The notes beneath the pieces were generated by a model. That model was not told the DNA's origin. It did not search any database and saw only the letters and a list, made by a program, of their open reading frames with translations. From a candidate division WOR-3 bacterium (GTDB lineage Bacteria; Hydrothermota; UBA3073), in NCBI GenBank assembly GCA_023129165.1, contig JAGMCL010000039.1:1839-65838 (forward strand): a stretch of DNA of 64,000 nt. Reading direction: 5' to 3'. How positions within the stretch are numbered: the stretch's first letter is position 1; the number at the start of each line of letters is the position of its first letter. The translations under genes were made by a program, and so were the position numbers. Below, one piece after another: positions 46,801 through 56,035 of the stretch.

Positions 46801-47957
46801 TAACTAATTCCTTTTTTTTGATTTGTTGAAGTTCTTCCACTGTCATTGCGAGGCATAGCCAAAGCAATCGCATTTTTTATCTGCTCTTGTATTATTCCCT
46901 GCAATCTCTTGCTCGTTATCTGAATTGCTCCCTTGTTTATATCACACCCAATCCATCGCCTGCCAAGTGCTTGGGCAACCGCAAGAGTTGTGCCTGAACC
47001 GATGAAGCAGTCAAGGACTATTCCATTTTCATTGGAAGCGGCTTTTATAATACGCTTAAAAATCATATCATGCTTTTGTGTTTGAAAACCCGTTTTACTA
47101 TCACCCCTAATCGCTGGTACTTCGATAAAATTATCTGCTTTTTCTTCATAAACTAAAAAGTACCTTATTTTACCGTCTTTATCTCTGATCCTTTCTGCTT
47201 TGCCCATTTTTTCATTCCATTGATGCATACTTGCTTTTCTTGGCTTATCTAACTTTTCGTAAACTTCATTGTAGATATGTGATCCTTTATGTTTTGCGTA
47301 CCATAGAATATTCTCTGTATTTTGATGAAATTTCTTCGATTTCGCCTTTAGTCCCACAGCTGTATAATGAACAATCACTTCATTTAAAAAGTTATCTTCA
47401 CCGAATATTTCATCTATGAGCAGCTTTACATAGTGAGCCATACGCCAATCCAGGTGCACATAAATAGAGCCTGTATCTGCTAACAACTCCTTTAAAAGTA
47501 TCAATCTCTCATACATAAACTGCAAATAAGTATCATTATTCCAAATATCAAAATACATTGTCTGTTGTAAGATAGATGCTTCATCTTCTTCTATCCGCCC
47601 TAAATTTTTTAGTCCTCTGAGTTCAACTTTTCTTACATAATCCGCCCCGCTTTTAAATGGTGGGTCTATATAAATCAAATCAATCTTTCCTCTGAATCCT
47701 AATTCAAGAAGTGTTGCTAAAATATCCTTATTATCTCCGTGAAATAGTAAATTATGCCAATTATCTTTGAGATTCTCATATGAGATTGCTTCGCCTTTGG
47801 CTCGTAATGACAAATCGCCTGGCGGGTCAAAGACTTCTACAAGTTGGGCAGGAAATCCTTTAACATAATCGAGCGGCTTTTTACCTACCCAGTTAAGCAT
47901 TGGTCGTCCTTTAGCAGAAGAGATTTTGATTTTATTTTCTGCCATTATAGCCCCCAT
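46800..47957 (-). CDS. Beta-class N6-adenine/N4-cytosine DNA methyltransferase (Type III Mod-like; short).
   Basis: N-terminal LNWVGKK. Motif IV DPPF (IDLIYIDPPFKSGADY) precedes motif I near the C-terminus (LDCFIGSGTTLAVAQALGRRWIGCDIN), which is beta-class order. The last about 25 codons overlap a dispersed repeat copy. Confidence 0.75.
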   Translation of the reverse strand: MGAIMAENKIKISSAKGRPMLNWVGKKPLDYVKGFPAQLVEVFDPPGDLSLRAKGEAISYENLKDNWHNLLFHGDNKDILATLLELGFRGKIDLIYIDPPFKSGADYVRKVELRGLKNLGRIEEDEASILQQTMYFDIWNNDTYLQFMYERLILLKELLADTGSIYVHLDWRMAHYVKLLIDEIFGEDNFLNEVIVHYTAVGLKAKSKKFHQNTENILWYAKHKGSHIYNEVYEKLDKPRKASMHQWNEKMGKAERIRDKDGKIRYFLVYEEKADNFIEVPAIRGDSKTGFQTQKHDMIFKRIIKAASNENGIVLDCFIGSGTTLAVAQALGRRWIGCDINKGAIQITSKRLQGIIQEQIKNAIALAMPRNDSGRTSTNQKKGIS

Positions 47958-50538
47958 ATTTATATATTGCTTCTCTAACTTTATTCAAACCTTCAAAAGT
48001 TAGTTGCTCCCCCTTCGTCTCTACAATTTCATACTTCAATCTATCAGGGTTCAGTCCTTCAATTCTTCTCATTTCCTTTTCCTTTGCTTCATCTTTAAAT
48101 CGTTCAGCTTTTATCTCAATGATTAGCATTTTGCCATTTTTCCTTCTTATTAAAAAATCAGGTGAGTAATTATGATACCCGCCATCTTTACCTTTATATT
48201 CAAAGAGAAAATCGGTCTTTTTAGGGTCGTCAATTGCTCCTGTAAAATAAACATCCTCAACATCTGCTGGGTTTTCATTTAACATTGCTAACAGTTGCTG
48301 GAAGAAATCTACTTCAGGATTAGAATCAAACTTATAGGGATTATAGTGAAAACCAAAATCTCGTTTATTTAATTCTTTAAATTCCTCATACCTTTTAAGC
48401 AAATGTTCTTTATCTTTGTGATAAATTATTTCTGTCACATAGTTCTCATCTTTCTTATTGAAACCAGCAGTTTTCACAAGTGCCAATGCAGACTCAACTT
48501 CTTCCTCTATTATTTTATAATTTTTTAGTTGTCTCTCAATTTGTTTTTTAATTTCATGGGTATCATTGCTGGACATTTCTCCATCAGGATATAAATTCTT
48601 TAGTTTTTCATGTACTGGCATAAGCGGTAATCTATACAGAGCTGAAAGCTCAACAGCAAAAGAATAGGCATCAACAAAATCTTCTTCTGTTATTAGTTTT
48701 TCATCTTTCTGTGCTATCAAAACACCTTTTCTATCAGGAATTTCTTTTAGGTCATAGAAAATCTTTTTGACCTCATCTATAGAAATATCAGGTTTTTGTA
48801 ATTCTATTTGAGTGATATCAATTTCTTTATCAACTGGGATAACTTTTTGAATCTTTTTTCTGAGTAAAACGGGTGGTATCTCCACTTTTCTTAAAATTAG
48901 TCTATCCTTTCTTATATCTTGTGGAGTTCTATTTAAATCTTCAAGAGTTTCACCATAGGTCTCTTTAAGTTGTGTGTCTAAAATTCCGACATTATCTTTT
49001 GAAAGGTAGATTTTTGCCTTGTGTATATTGCCAGTAGTTTGTCTGAGGCAGCGGGAAGCAGCTTGAAGGCAAAAGTTATTACTTGCTGTCAGTTTTCGTG
49101 CTAAGGCAGTAGAAAAAAGAGATAAGCAATTCCATCCCTCAGTCCCTTTATTAACAAGAAGAAAAATGCGGTAAAGTAGGTGTGGGTCATTTATTCGGTT
49201 ATCAAATAAATCCTTAACCTCTTGTTTTGACTCATTATGCACTTCTAAAACTATAGAAGGATCAAAGCCGAGCTCTATTAAGGTTTTTTCAACAACTGGC
49301 TTGGCATTTGTTAAATCCTCTATTTTTGGAAAATATATTGCCAGTTTAGAAGGACTACCATCATAGATCTTTACATCTTTATAACTCTTAAAGAAATCTG
49401 TAATAACATCTTTTAGAAAATCTCTATCCGTTACTTCTGAATAAGATACAATATTGCCCCGGACTTCTTTCAATATTCCATCTTTTATCCCTTGCGATAG
49501 ACCATACCAACAAACAACATCTTTAAGGATCTGTCTTTTATAATATGGAGTCCCAGTGGTGTTTACCACAACTAAAACATTTGTCTCTTCTGATAAATAA
49601 TTAACTGTTTGTCTCACTCTCTTCAGTTCTTTACCGAGTGCCAGTCCATAGGTATGGTGTGCTTCATCAGAAAAGATAGCAAGATTTGGAAGAGAGGCAA
49701 TTGTTTGCAATCTCTGATTGGCTATCACCTCCTTTACCTCATCTTCTCGGGATGGGTCAACAAATAAATCTTTGATTAAAGATTTGGTTATTGATTGTTT
49801 TTGTATTCTAATCTTTTCTGTATTAGTTACCACGATATTATAACTTGAACCTTTGATTATTGGAATGTCTTTTTCGCCATCGCGAGTATAGGTAAATTTT
49901 GTAGTGGTTATAAACTGTTTATAAAGCCTTTCAGGCAATATTTTCTCATAAGGAACATCCGATAGCTCTTTTAATGCTCCTAAGATGGTCTTGCCTGGCG
50001 CAAATACCAGGGCATTTTTGACAAAGTAATCCTCTGGATATTCAAGAGCCATTGCAAATTCTGTAGCGATAATAGCGCCAATTAAAATGGTCTTACCTGC
50101 TCCCATCGCCAATGCTAATATGTAGCTGGAGTAAGACAGGATTAGTGTTTCTCTGAGAGCTTGTAACCTATATTTTTTTACAAAGGCGTCGTCGTCTCTT
50201 ATTTTTTTAAATATTGAATTTATTCCGCCACCAGAGATAGCAATTTTTTTCCAGTCTTCATCTGTTAGTTTAATACCCAGAGCATCTAAAAGGTCATTTG
50301 GAGGAAAGATTTTTTTGTATAAATCAAAAATATGTGGAGTTTTTTCAATGAGTCTTAAATACCAGTAAGTTTCAAGGGCATCAAATTGGGCTTTTCGTAA
50401 GAAACGAAGGTTTTGGGTTCCTGAATTATAGTTGAAATTGAGAATTTCACCAATAACAGAATACCCTGTATTATAACTGTTATTTCTCCATTCAGACACT
50501 CTTGTTCTTAGTGTATCATGTAAATACATAACAGGCAA
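47932..50538 (-). CDS. SF2 helicase with a C-terminal PD-(D/E)xK nuclease motif (Type III Res-like restriction subunit).
   Basis: Walker A (AMGAGKT), DEAH box (FSDEAHH), motif III (TGTP), motif VI (QAASRCLRQ). C-terminal YSPDFLIRRKNGKMLIIEIKA (D...E-I-K). Overlaps the methyltransferase start by 26 nt. Confidence 0.65.
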   Translation of the reverse strand: MPVMYLHDTLRTRVSEWRNNSYNTGYSVIGEILNFNYNSGTQNLRFLRKAQFDALETYWYLRLIEKTPHIFDLYKKIFPPNDLLDALGIKLTDEDWKKIAISGGGINSIFKKIRDDDAFVKKYRLQALRETLILSYSSYILALAMGAGKTILIGAIIATEFAMALEYPEDYFVKNALVFAPGKTILGALKELSDVPYEKILPERLYKQFITTTKFTYTRDGEKDIPIIKGSSYNIVVTNTEKIRIQKQSITKSLIKDLFVDPSREDEVKEVIANQRLQTIASLPNLAIFSDEAHHTYGLALGKELKRVRQTVNYLSEETNVLVVVNTTGTPYYKRQILKDVVCWYGLSQGIKDGILKEVRGNIVSYSEVTDRDFLKDVITDFFKSYKDVKIYDGSPSKLAIYFPKIEDLTNAKPVVEKTLIELGFDPSIVLEVHNESKQEVKDLFDNRINDPHLLYRIFLLVNKGTEGWNCLSLFSTALARKLTASNNFCLQAASRCLRQTTGNIHKAKIYLSKDNVGILDTQLKETYGETLEDLNRTPQDIRKDRLILRKVEIPPVLLRKKIQKVIPVDKEIDITQIELQKPDISIDEVKKIFYDLKEIPDRKGVLIAQKDEKLITEEDFVDAYSFAVELSALYRLPLMPVHEKLKNLYPDGEMSSNDTHEIKKQIERQLKNYKIIEEEVESALALVKTAGFNKKDENYVTEIIYHKDKEHLLKRYEEFKELNKRDFGFHYNPYKFDSNPEVDFFQQLLAMLNENPADVEDVYFTGAIDDPKKTDFLFEYKGKDGGYHNYSPDFLIRRKNGKMLIIEIKAERFKDEAKEKEMRRIEGLNPDRLKYEIVETKGEQLTFEGLNKVREAIYKYGGYNGRK

Positions 50539-50577
50539 CCTTTAAGAATTGAGTTGTAAAAAATTTGTTTAACACCC

Positions 50578-50633
50578 TGCCCCTGGAGGGATTCGAACTC
50601 TCGCTAACCCGGTTCCGACCCCACACCGCTTTA
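50578..50633 (-). other. tRNA-like 3'-half fragment (T-arm plus acceptor 3' strand) immediately 3' of tRNA-Arg.
   Basis: Minus strand ...GGGTTAGCGAGAGTTCGAATCCCTCCAGGGGCA carries a TTCGAAT T-loop and acceptor strand CAGGGGC. The T-stem has one mismatch. Confidence 0.3.
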
Positions 50634-50707
50634 TGCCCCGAGCAGGATTCGAACCTGCAACGCTCGGTTCCGAAGACCGACGCTCTTATCCATTGAGCTA
50701 CCGGGGC
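50634..50707 (-). tRNA. tRNA-Arg (anticodon TCG).
   Basis: Minus-strand sequence GCCCCGGTAGCTCAATGGATAAGAGCGTCGGTCTTCGGAACCGAGCGTTGCAGGTTCGAATCCTGCTCGGGGCA folds as a canonical cloverleaf. 7 bp acceptor stem (one G-U pair). D arm GCTC/GAGC. Anticodon stem TCGGT/ACCGA with loop CTTCGGA. T arm GCAGG-TTCGAAT-CCTGC. No encoded CCA. Confidence 0.8.
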
Positions 50708-50710
50708 CCC

Positions 50711-50747
50711 TGAAATGGTGTGGGGCTATCCACTGAGCTACAGGGGC
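50711..50747 (-). other. tRNA-like 5'-half fragment (acceptor 5' strand plus D-loop) immediately 5' of tRNA-Arg.
   Basis: Minus strand GCCCCTGTAGCTCAGTGGATAGCCCCACACC is 22/26 identical to the 5' part of the adjacent tRNA-Arg. Its acceptor GCCCCTG pairs perfectly with CAGGGGC of the downstream fragment. CCCCACACC / GGTGTGGGG form a 9 bp helix bracketing the intact tRNA-Arg. Confidence 0.3.
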
Positions 50748-50981
50748 AGTCGCCAAAATCAAATATCAAAAATCAAATATAAAAATTGTAATCACAGCTT
50801 ACACAGATTTTATCAGATTAAATAATTTTTCCCAGTCAGTGAAGTCCTTGCCTACCGGCTGGTAGCTGTGGCTCTTAAAGAAAAAAATCTGTTTTATTAT
50901 TTTTCTCTGTGCCCTCTGTGGTTTTATTAACGCATATTTTAGGATAATTTTAATTTTTGCATTTTGATTTTTAACTTGTAT

Positions 50982-52691
50982 CTAATATCTATAGTCTTCT
51001 ATCTTTGATAATTCTATCTGGGACTTGAGCCATTCATTAAATGCTTTATCTCTTCTTTCCTTCCATAACTCAACCTGAAACTCAGAAAATTTCTCCTGTA
51101 TTGTTTCTATCTCTGGTTCTTCTCTTTTTATACATTTAATTATAAAACAAGCGTCTTTTCCAATGACCGGGTTGCTTACGTTTCCTTCAGAGGTTACCCA
51201 AATTGCTCCATAAAATGTGGGATCTGTGGGCATATCAATTGGAGGATTTACTATAGAGAATTTGTCAACCTTTTTATATTTAATGTCTTTCAATGCCCTA
51301 TTAAATGTAGTTCCATATTCTACATTATTTTTAACTTCTATTAGTATAGTTTTTATAATCGCTTCCCTTTTCTCCTTTAAATAACTTTCCTTAACTTCCT
51401 CTTTTATCTCACTGAAGGGTGGTATTGTTTCAGGTATTGTGCCTCTATTTGTCCATACATAGATACCATCTTTTCTGCGGATAGGCTGGGATATTTTGCC
51501 TATCTTTGATGTGAGAAGAAGATTTGATATATCAAAACCATCTAATTCTTCAGATGTGGTTTCTTGAAGTTCGAGGTTCATAGCTTGTGCTCCATTTTCG
51601 AATCCATTCTCCTGTGCAAGTTCTATGAATGAGAAGGCATTATCCATAGCTAAACCAATTGTTTCATAAGAGGGAACAAGTCTCAGGTAGATTTGAGAAA
51701 TTTCAACGGAATCTCTTGTCCTACTATAGCATTTAAAGATATAAACTCCATCTTCTGTTTTTATAGGACCATATATGTCATCCCTGGACATTGAGAATAT
51801 TGCCTTTTCAAGCTTGTTGCTTAATTTACCCCTTTTAACAAAACCGATATAGCCAAATTCTCTTTTGGTTTTTGAATCGTCAGAAAAACGGAGAACAAGT
51901 GTGTCAAACGATTCACCTGAATGTAGTTGTGATATAATATCCGTTGCTTCTTCTATTAGCATGTTCTCATCTTCAAGTGATGCCGATAGATTGAATTTAA
52001 CATACTGTACGAGTATAGCTTTAGGTCTTTTAAAGAGCTCTTTTTCTCTCTCATAGTATTCCTGCAAATCGCTTTCATCAAAATCAACAATTATGTCCTC
52101 TGTGTGTATCTCTCCATACTCTACAGTAAACAGTGTATTTCTCTTAAAATATTCATTAATTGATGCTGTAGGTTGTACTGTTGAGAGCACCTGCATATAG
52201 AGTCGTTGTCTGGGTATTATATCTCTTATCCAGGATTCGTACTGTCTAAAGTATCTTATGTTTTGAGGATTTTGAAATAATTCTGCATACTTCAGGTAGT
52301 CAAACTCCCCACTGGTATAGAAGGTTGTGTCCTGCAGTATCTGTGGGGGAGGATTGGTCTTTATTGCATCTACAACCTCCTTATCACTGGGGATTAGTCC
52401 AACCTTTTGGTAATAGTCTCTTAAGATTGTTGCCTCAACAAGTGTATTGAATGCCGAATCTGATGCCTCATCCTCAGTATAGCCCATCTCCATGTAATTT
52501 CTTACGAGATTGCTATAGGCAATAGAAGAGATTTCTTTACCATTTACCTCTGCTATAACCCCTTTCTGTAGTTGTGTCATTGATCGAGAGCTGGCAAATC
52601 GCATACCCCATTGAAAGAAGATGAATGCAACAAATATTGCAACGGCAAACCACAAGAAGACGGTAATCTGTTTTCTCAATCTTTGTATCAT
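50982..52691 (-). CDS. Periplasmic chaperone / peptidyl-prolyl cis-trans isomerase, PpiD/SurA-like.
   Basis: N-terminal TM anchor, a SurA_N-like chaperone region, and a parvulin (PpiC-type) domain (IGFVKRGKLSNKLEKAIFSM...GPIKTEDGVYIFKCYSRT). Confidence 0.7.
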   Translation of the reverse strand: MIQRLRKQITVFLWFAVAIFVAFIFFQWGMRFASSRSMTQLQKGVIAEVNGKEISSIAYSNLVRNYMEMGYTEDEASDSAFNTLVEATILRDYYQKVGLIPSDKEVVDAIKTNPPPQILQDTTFYTSGEFDYLKYAELFQNPQNIRYFRQYESWIRDIIPRQRLYMQVLSTVQPTASINEYFKRNTLFTVEYGEIHTEDIIVDFDESDLQEYYEREKELFKRPKAILVQYVKFNLSASLEDENMLIEEATDIISQLHSGESFDTLVLRFSDDSKTKREFGYIGFVKRGKLSNKLEKAIFSMSRDDIYGPIKTEDGVYIFKCYSRTRDSVEISQIYLRLVPSYETIGLAMDNAFSFIELAQENGFENGAQAMNLELQETTSEELDGFDISNLLLTSKIGKISQPIRRKDGIYVWTNRGTIPETIPPFSEIKEEVKESYLKEKREAIIKTILIEVKNNVEYGTTFNRALKDIKYKKVDKFSIVNPPIDMPTDPTFYGAIWVTSEGNVSNPVIGKDACFIIKCIKREEPEIETIQEKFSEFQVELWKERRDKAFNEWLKSQIELSKIEDYRY

Positions 52692-52784
52692 ATATCCTCC
52701 TTATAGAAAAAAAGGTATTGTCAAAAAACTTTTGCCTATTTTCTTCTAATTCGTTAGCTAACGAATAACCTACAATTTTAAAAG

Positions 52785-52934
52785 CAGTTATCTAATTATT
52801 GCTTGCCTCCCCCTGATTCTTGTAGGGGTCGGATTCCCGTCTGCCATCGGGCGGGTATCCGACCCGTTTCTTTTGCGGGTTCGATAAATCGAACCCCTAC
52901 ATTTTTGCTTTCATATTCTTTCATGTTATTTTTC
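52785..52934 (-). repeat. Third copy of the structured repeat, upstream of ppiD. It is followed by the same about 75 bp leader seen at prfB.
   Basis: About 95% identical to the unit at 30496-30652. The shared flank tattgtcaaaaaacttttgcctattttcttctaattcgttagctaacgaataacctacaatttta(c/a)aag is also present (52716-52784 vs 30285-30353). Confidence 0.85.
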
Positions 52935-53175
52935 ACATTATCTTAATTACGGTGTTGTCAAAAACTAACCACAGACCTGCCTATGGTCATACAAGCGAAT
53001 TTATTAACAGTTCAAGCCAGTTTCGAAATCCTTCTTGTTTAACGTTGTCGATACTTGCCTGCCTGCGGTAGGCAGGTATCGGTGCTCGATATTTTGATGC
53101 TCGAAGCTCGTCTCCACTTGTCGCTTATTATATCATAAAATGCAAAAAAAGTCAAGGAAAAAGAGGGTGGGTGTA

Positions 53176-54012
53176 TTATTGACTTTGTAGTATTTGCTTT
53201 AGTCTCCTGTATGATTCAATCGCACGCTCTTTTGGTCTCACCTCTATTATAAAGTATATATCAAGATTTACAAGTTTTGACAGATAGAAGAGGAAGTCTA
53301 TGTTTCCTTCGCCTATTATATTATGTTCATCCCATTCTCCATGATTATCATGGAGATGGCAGTTTCGTATAAGATGTAAGTAATCTTGCATAAACTCGAT
53401 TTCTTTTATTTTTTTATTACCTTTCAGCTCGTTAGTATGTCCAATATCCCATGTAAGGTATAACTGCTCTTTATTTAGAAAGTCTCTCAATACCTTCTTG
53501 GATAAATCATATCTTGAACTAGATGTATTCTCTACACATAGAAATGTCTTATCCTTTGCATATTCTGATAATCTCGTTAGAGAAGACCTCAGCGCATATT
53601 CGTATTCTTGTGGAAAGAATTCATGTATAAGTGTAAGCTTTCCACCCACTGATATGCGATATGAGGAGCCAAGATGTATAGTAACACATCTTGCTCTAAT
53701 CTCATCTGCAAAGTCTATAATTTCACAAAGCCTATCTACTGTTGCCTCAAGTGGTTTATTATGAAGATTAAAAAATGAAAGTCCATCAGGTGCATGTAAT
53801 AGGATTGGAATTTGTGATGATGAGAGGATTTTTCGTGAATCTTCATCTATATTCTCTGGGAAGAATGCCGGGGATGACATATTGAGCTCAATGGCAGCAA
53901 ACCCATGATTTAATGAATATTTAAGTGCATTTTCAGGGCTTTTAAAATCAAATAATAGCTGTATCCCTATTCTTTTTTCTATATCAGCGACATCTATCTT
54001 CATATTTAACAT
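53176..54012 (-). CDS. Sugar-phosphate isomerase/epimerase-like TIM-barrel protein (xylose isomerase-like/AP endonuclease 2 fold).
   Basis: 278 aa with the beta/alpha alternation and conserved His/Glu positions of the family (AIELN..., HAPDG..., VTIHLGSS..., IIEVRP). Confidence 0.55.
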   Translation of the reverse strand: MLNMKIDVADIEKRIGIQLLFDFKSPENALKYSLNHGFAAIELNMSSPAFFPENIDEDSRKILSSSQIPILLHAPDGLSFFNLHNKPLEATVDRLCEIIDFADEIRARCVTIHLGSSYRISVGGKLTLIHEFFPQEYEYALRSSLTRLSEYAKDKTFLCVENTSSSRYDLSKKVLRDFLNKEQLYLTWDIGHTNELKGNKKIKEIEFMQDYLHLIRNCHLHDNHGEWDEHNIIGEGNIDFLFYLSKLVNLDIYFIIEVRPKERAIESYRRLKQILQSQ

Positions 54013-54068
54013 GAATGGTAAGATTAGAGAAAAAGACTTTAGACTACGGATAAAGAGAATGAAGGTAT

Positions 54069-55289
54069 CTATTCTGGCGAAACTATCGAGACTGCGAATT
54101 GGTCTTTGTTGAAGAATTCTCTCGCAAGAGATATAACCTCATCCTCTTTCACATTTTCAATCGATTGCAGTATCTTATCAATTGAAATTTCCTTTTGGAG
54201 ATACATTTCCTCTTTCAGTATTCTTACCATTCTATTAACTGTTGATTCAAGCCCAAGTATAAATCCCCCTTTCAAGTGCTCTTTGGTGTTCTTTAGCTCG
54301 TTCTTATTCAACCCATCTTTTGTTAATCTTTTTAATTCCTTAAGAACTAAATCGATCGCTTTTTTCTGTTTTGAAGGATTTGTTGCGAGATATATTCCTA
54401 TGATTCCAGTATTACTAAAGAATTGAAGAAATGAGAATATATTATATGCAAGTCCTTCTGTCTCACGTAGACGTTGAAAAAGACGTGAACTCATTGAACC
54501 GCCCAAAAGGGTGTTTAGGATGAGTGCCGGATATCTGTAAGGTGAGTTATATTTGAAGGTCCTTCTTCCTATTGCAATATGAGCCTGTGATATGTCCTTT
54601 TTTTTCTTCTCCTTGAATTTTATAGTCTCTTCTGGAAATGGTTTTGAGGTTGTTTTCTGTACATTGTTGGGAAGTGATGTAAGTGTTGAGGCAACAAGTT
54701 CCTTTATCCTATCAAAAGAGAGTTTTCCAGAAGCAGCCACTATTGCATTGTTACCACAATATCTTTTATTTTTGAATTCGATTAGATTTTTTCTTTCTAT
54801 TTTTCTTACGGTATCCTCTTGCCCTAATATAGGAGATGAGATGGGATGACCGGAATAAAGACAGTTCGATAACTGCCGGAAGACTTCCTCTTCAGGGGAA
54901 TCTTTTGAGTTTCTTATTTCTTCAATAACCACACCCTTTTCTTTTTCTAAATCTTCCCTGTTGAATAAAGGATTGAGTATTATATCTGTAAGTATGTCCC
55001 AAACCTTCTCTAAATATTGGTCAAGAAATCTTGCATAGTAGTAGGTAAACTCCTTTGTTGTAAAGCCGTTAAGCTCAGCACCCAGAGAATCAGCCTCGAC
55101 TGCTATCCTGTAGGCATCTCTTTTCGGAGTACCCTTGAAAAGCATATGTTCTATAAGGTGTGATATACCAGACTGCCTTTTATCCTCGTGTACAGAGCCT
55201 GTTTGGAATGCAATTCCGAGTGACACAGACCTTACACCTTTTACCTCTTCATTAACCAATCTCAACCCGTTGTCAAGACAAGTCTTCAT
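54069..55289 (-). CDS. M16 family zinc peptidase (insulinase/pitrilysin-like).
   Basis: Inverted zinc motif HxxEH (SHLIEHMLFKGT) and downstream Glu (ELNGFTTKE). Peptidase_M16 N- and C-lobes. The ORF-track start at 55295 is a TTG; the ATG is at 55289. Confidence 0.75.
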   Translation of the reverse strand: MKTCLDNGLRLVNEEVKGVRSVSLGIAFQTGSVHEDKRQSGISHLIEHMLFKGTPKRDAYRIAVEADSLGAELNGFTTKEFTYYYARFLDQYLEKVWDILTDIILNPLFNREDLEKEKGVVIEEIRNSKDSPEEEVFRQLSNCLYSGHPISSPILGQEDTVRKIERKNLIEFKNKRYCGNNAIVAASGKLSFDRIKELVASTLTSLPNNVQKTTSKPFPEETIKFKEKKKKDISQAHIAIGRRTFKYNSPYRYPALILNTLLGGSMSSRLFQRLRETEGLAYNIFSFLQFFSNTGIIGIYLATNPSKQKKAIDLVLKELKRLTKDGLNKNELKNTKEHLKGGFILGLESTVNRMVRILKEEMYLQKEISIDKILQSIENVKEDEVISLAREFFNKDQFAVSIVSPE

Positions 55290-55407
55290 AAACAACTCCT
55301 GAGAAAAGTTATAGTATTGTTAAAAATCTAACCACATACCTGCCCTACACCCCTCTTCGTCCGTCAAACGACGGACTCCTACCTTTTATCGTCCCGCCAG
55401 ATGTGGG

Positions 55408-55883
55408 GCTCCTACATTCCCTTTCCGGTAGGAGGGGTTTCCTAACCCCGATTAAATTATCGCGACGGGGACGTTGCTCCTACCCTGTATCGCGACTAGG
55501 AAGTCGCTCCTACATTCCCTTTCCGGTAGGAGGGGTTTCCTAACCCCGATTAAATTATCGCGACGGGGACGTTGCTCCTACCCTGTATCGCGACTAGGAA
55601 GTCGCTCCTACATTCTCCTTTCCGGTAGGAGGGGTTTCCTAACCCCGATTAAATTATCGCGACGGGGACGTTGCTCCTACCCTGTATCGCGACTAGGAAG
55701 TCGCTCCTACATTCTCTTTCCGGTAGGAGGGGTTTCCTAACCCCGATTAAATTATCGCGACGGGGACGTTGCTCCTACCCTGTATCGCGACTAGGAAGTC
55801 GCTCCTACATTCTCCTTTCCGGTAGGAGGGGTTTCCTAACCCCGATTAAATTATCGCGACGGGGACGTTGCTCCTACCCTGTA
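55408..55883. repeat. Tandem array of a 98-99 bp unit, about 4.8 near-identical copies, each with three hairpins.
   Basis: Unit gctcctacattccctttccggtaggaggggtttcctaaccccgattaaattatcgcgacggggacgttgctcctaccctgtatcgcgactaggaagtc repeats at 55408, 55506, 55604, 55703 and 55801. It is truncated in the fifth copy. Copies differ by 1-nt indels at cattccc / cattctcc / cattctc. Confidence 0.9.
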
Positions 55884-56035
55884 ATTAGTCTGATGTCTTA
55901 CTAAATACGCTCTATGGAGTGCATTTACCATGTCGATGCATATTATGAAATTGTATTTTAACGTGCGTAGATTATACCATATTTAAGGGTTTTTGTCAAG
56001 CAAAAAAGCAGAGAGTTACTTACGTTTGTTTTTTC

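Noticed and set aside
40055-50538. Presence of a Type I HsdR restriction subunit.
   Set aside because: The only SF2 helicase (47932-50538) has the Type III Res layout (C-terminal nuclease). It is coupled to a beta-class methyltransferase, not to the hsdM/hsdS pair. No HsdR-like protein (N-terminal nuclease then helicase) is present in the window.
50575-50760. A second complete tRNA gene adjacent to tRNA-Arg.
   Set aside because: The flanking sequences carry only half-molecules (5' acceptor/D on one side, T-arm/acceptor on the other) separated by the intact tRNA-Arg. I could not fold either fragment into a full cloverleaf.
55408-55883. Possible CRISPR array (regular repeats of about 100 bp with palindromic segments).
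   Set aside because: The entire 98-99 bp unit is repeated with no unique spacers. There is no leader-like asymmetry and no cas genes nearby. It is a tandem repeat, not a CRISPR array.
55474-55904. ORFs 55474-55740 and 55671-55904, which encode repeated RRGRCSYPVSRLGSRSYIL peptides.
   Set aside because: They are artefacts of translating the tandem DNA repeat. The 98 bp period breaks frame in most copies, and there is no RBS or start context.
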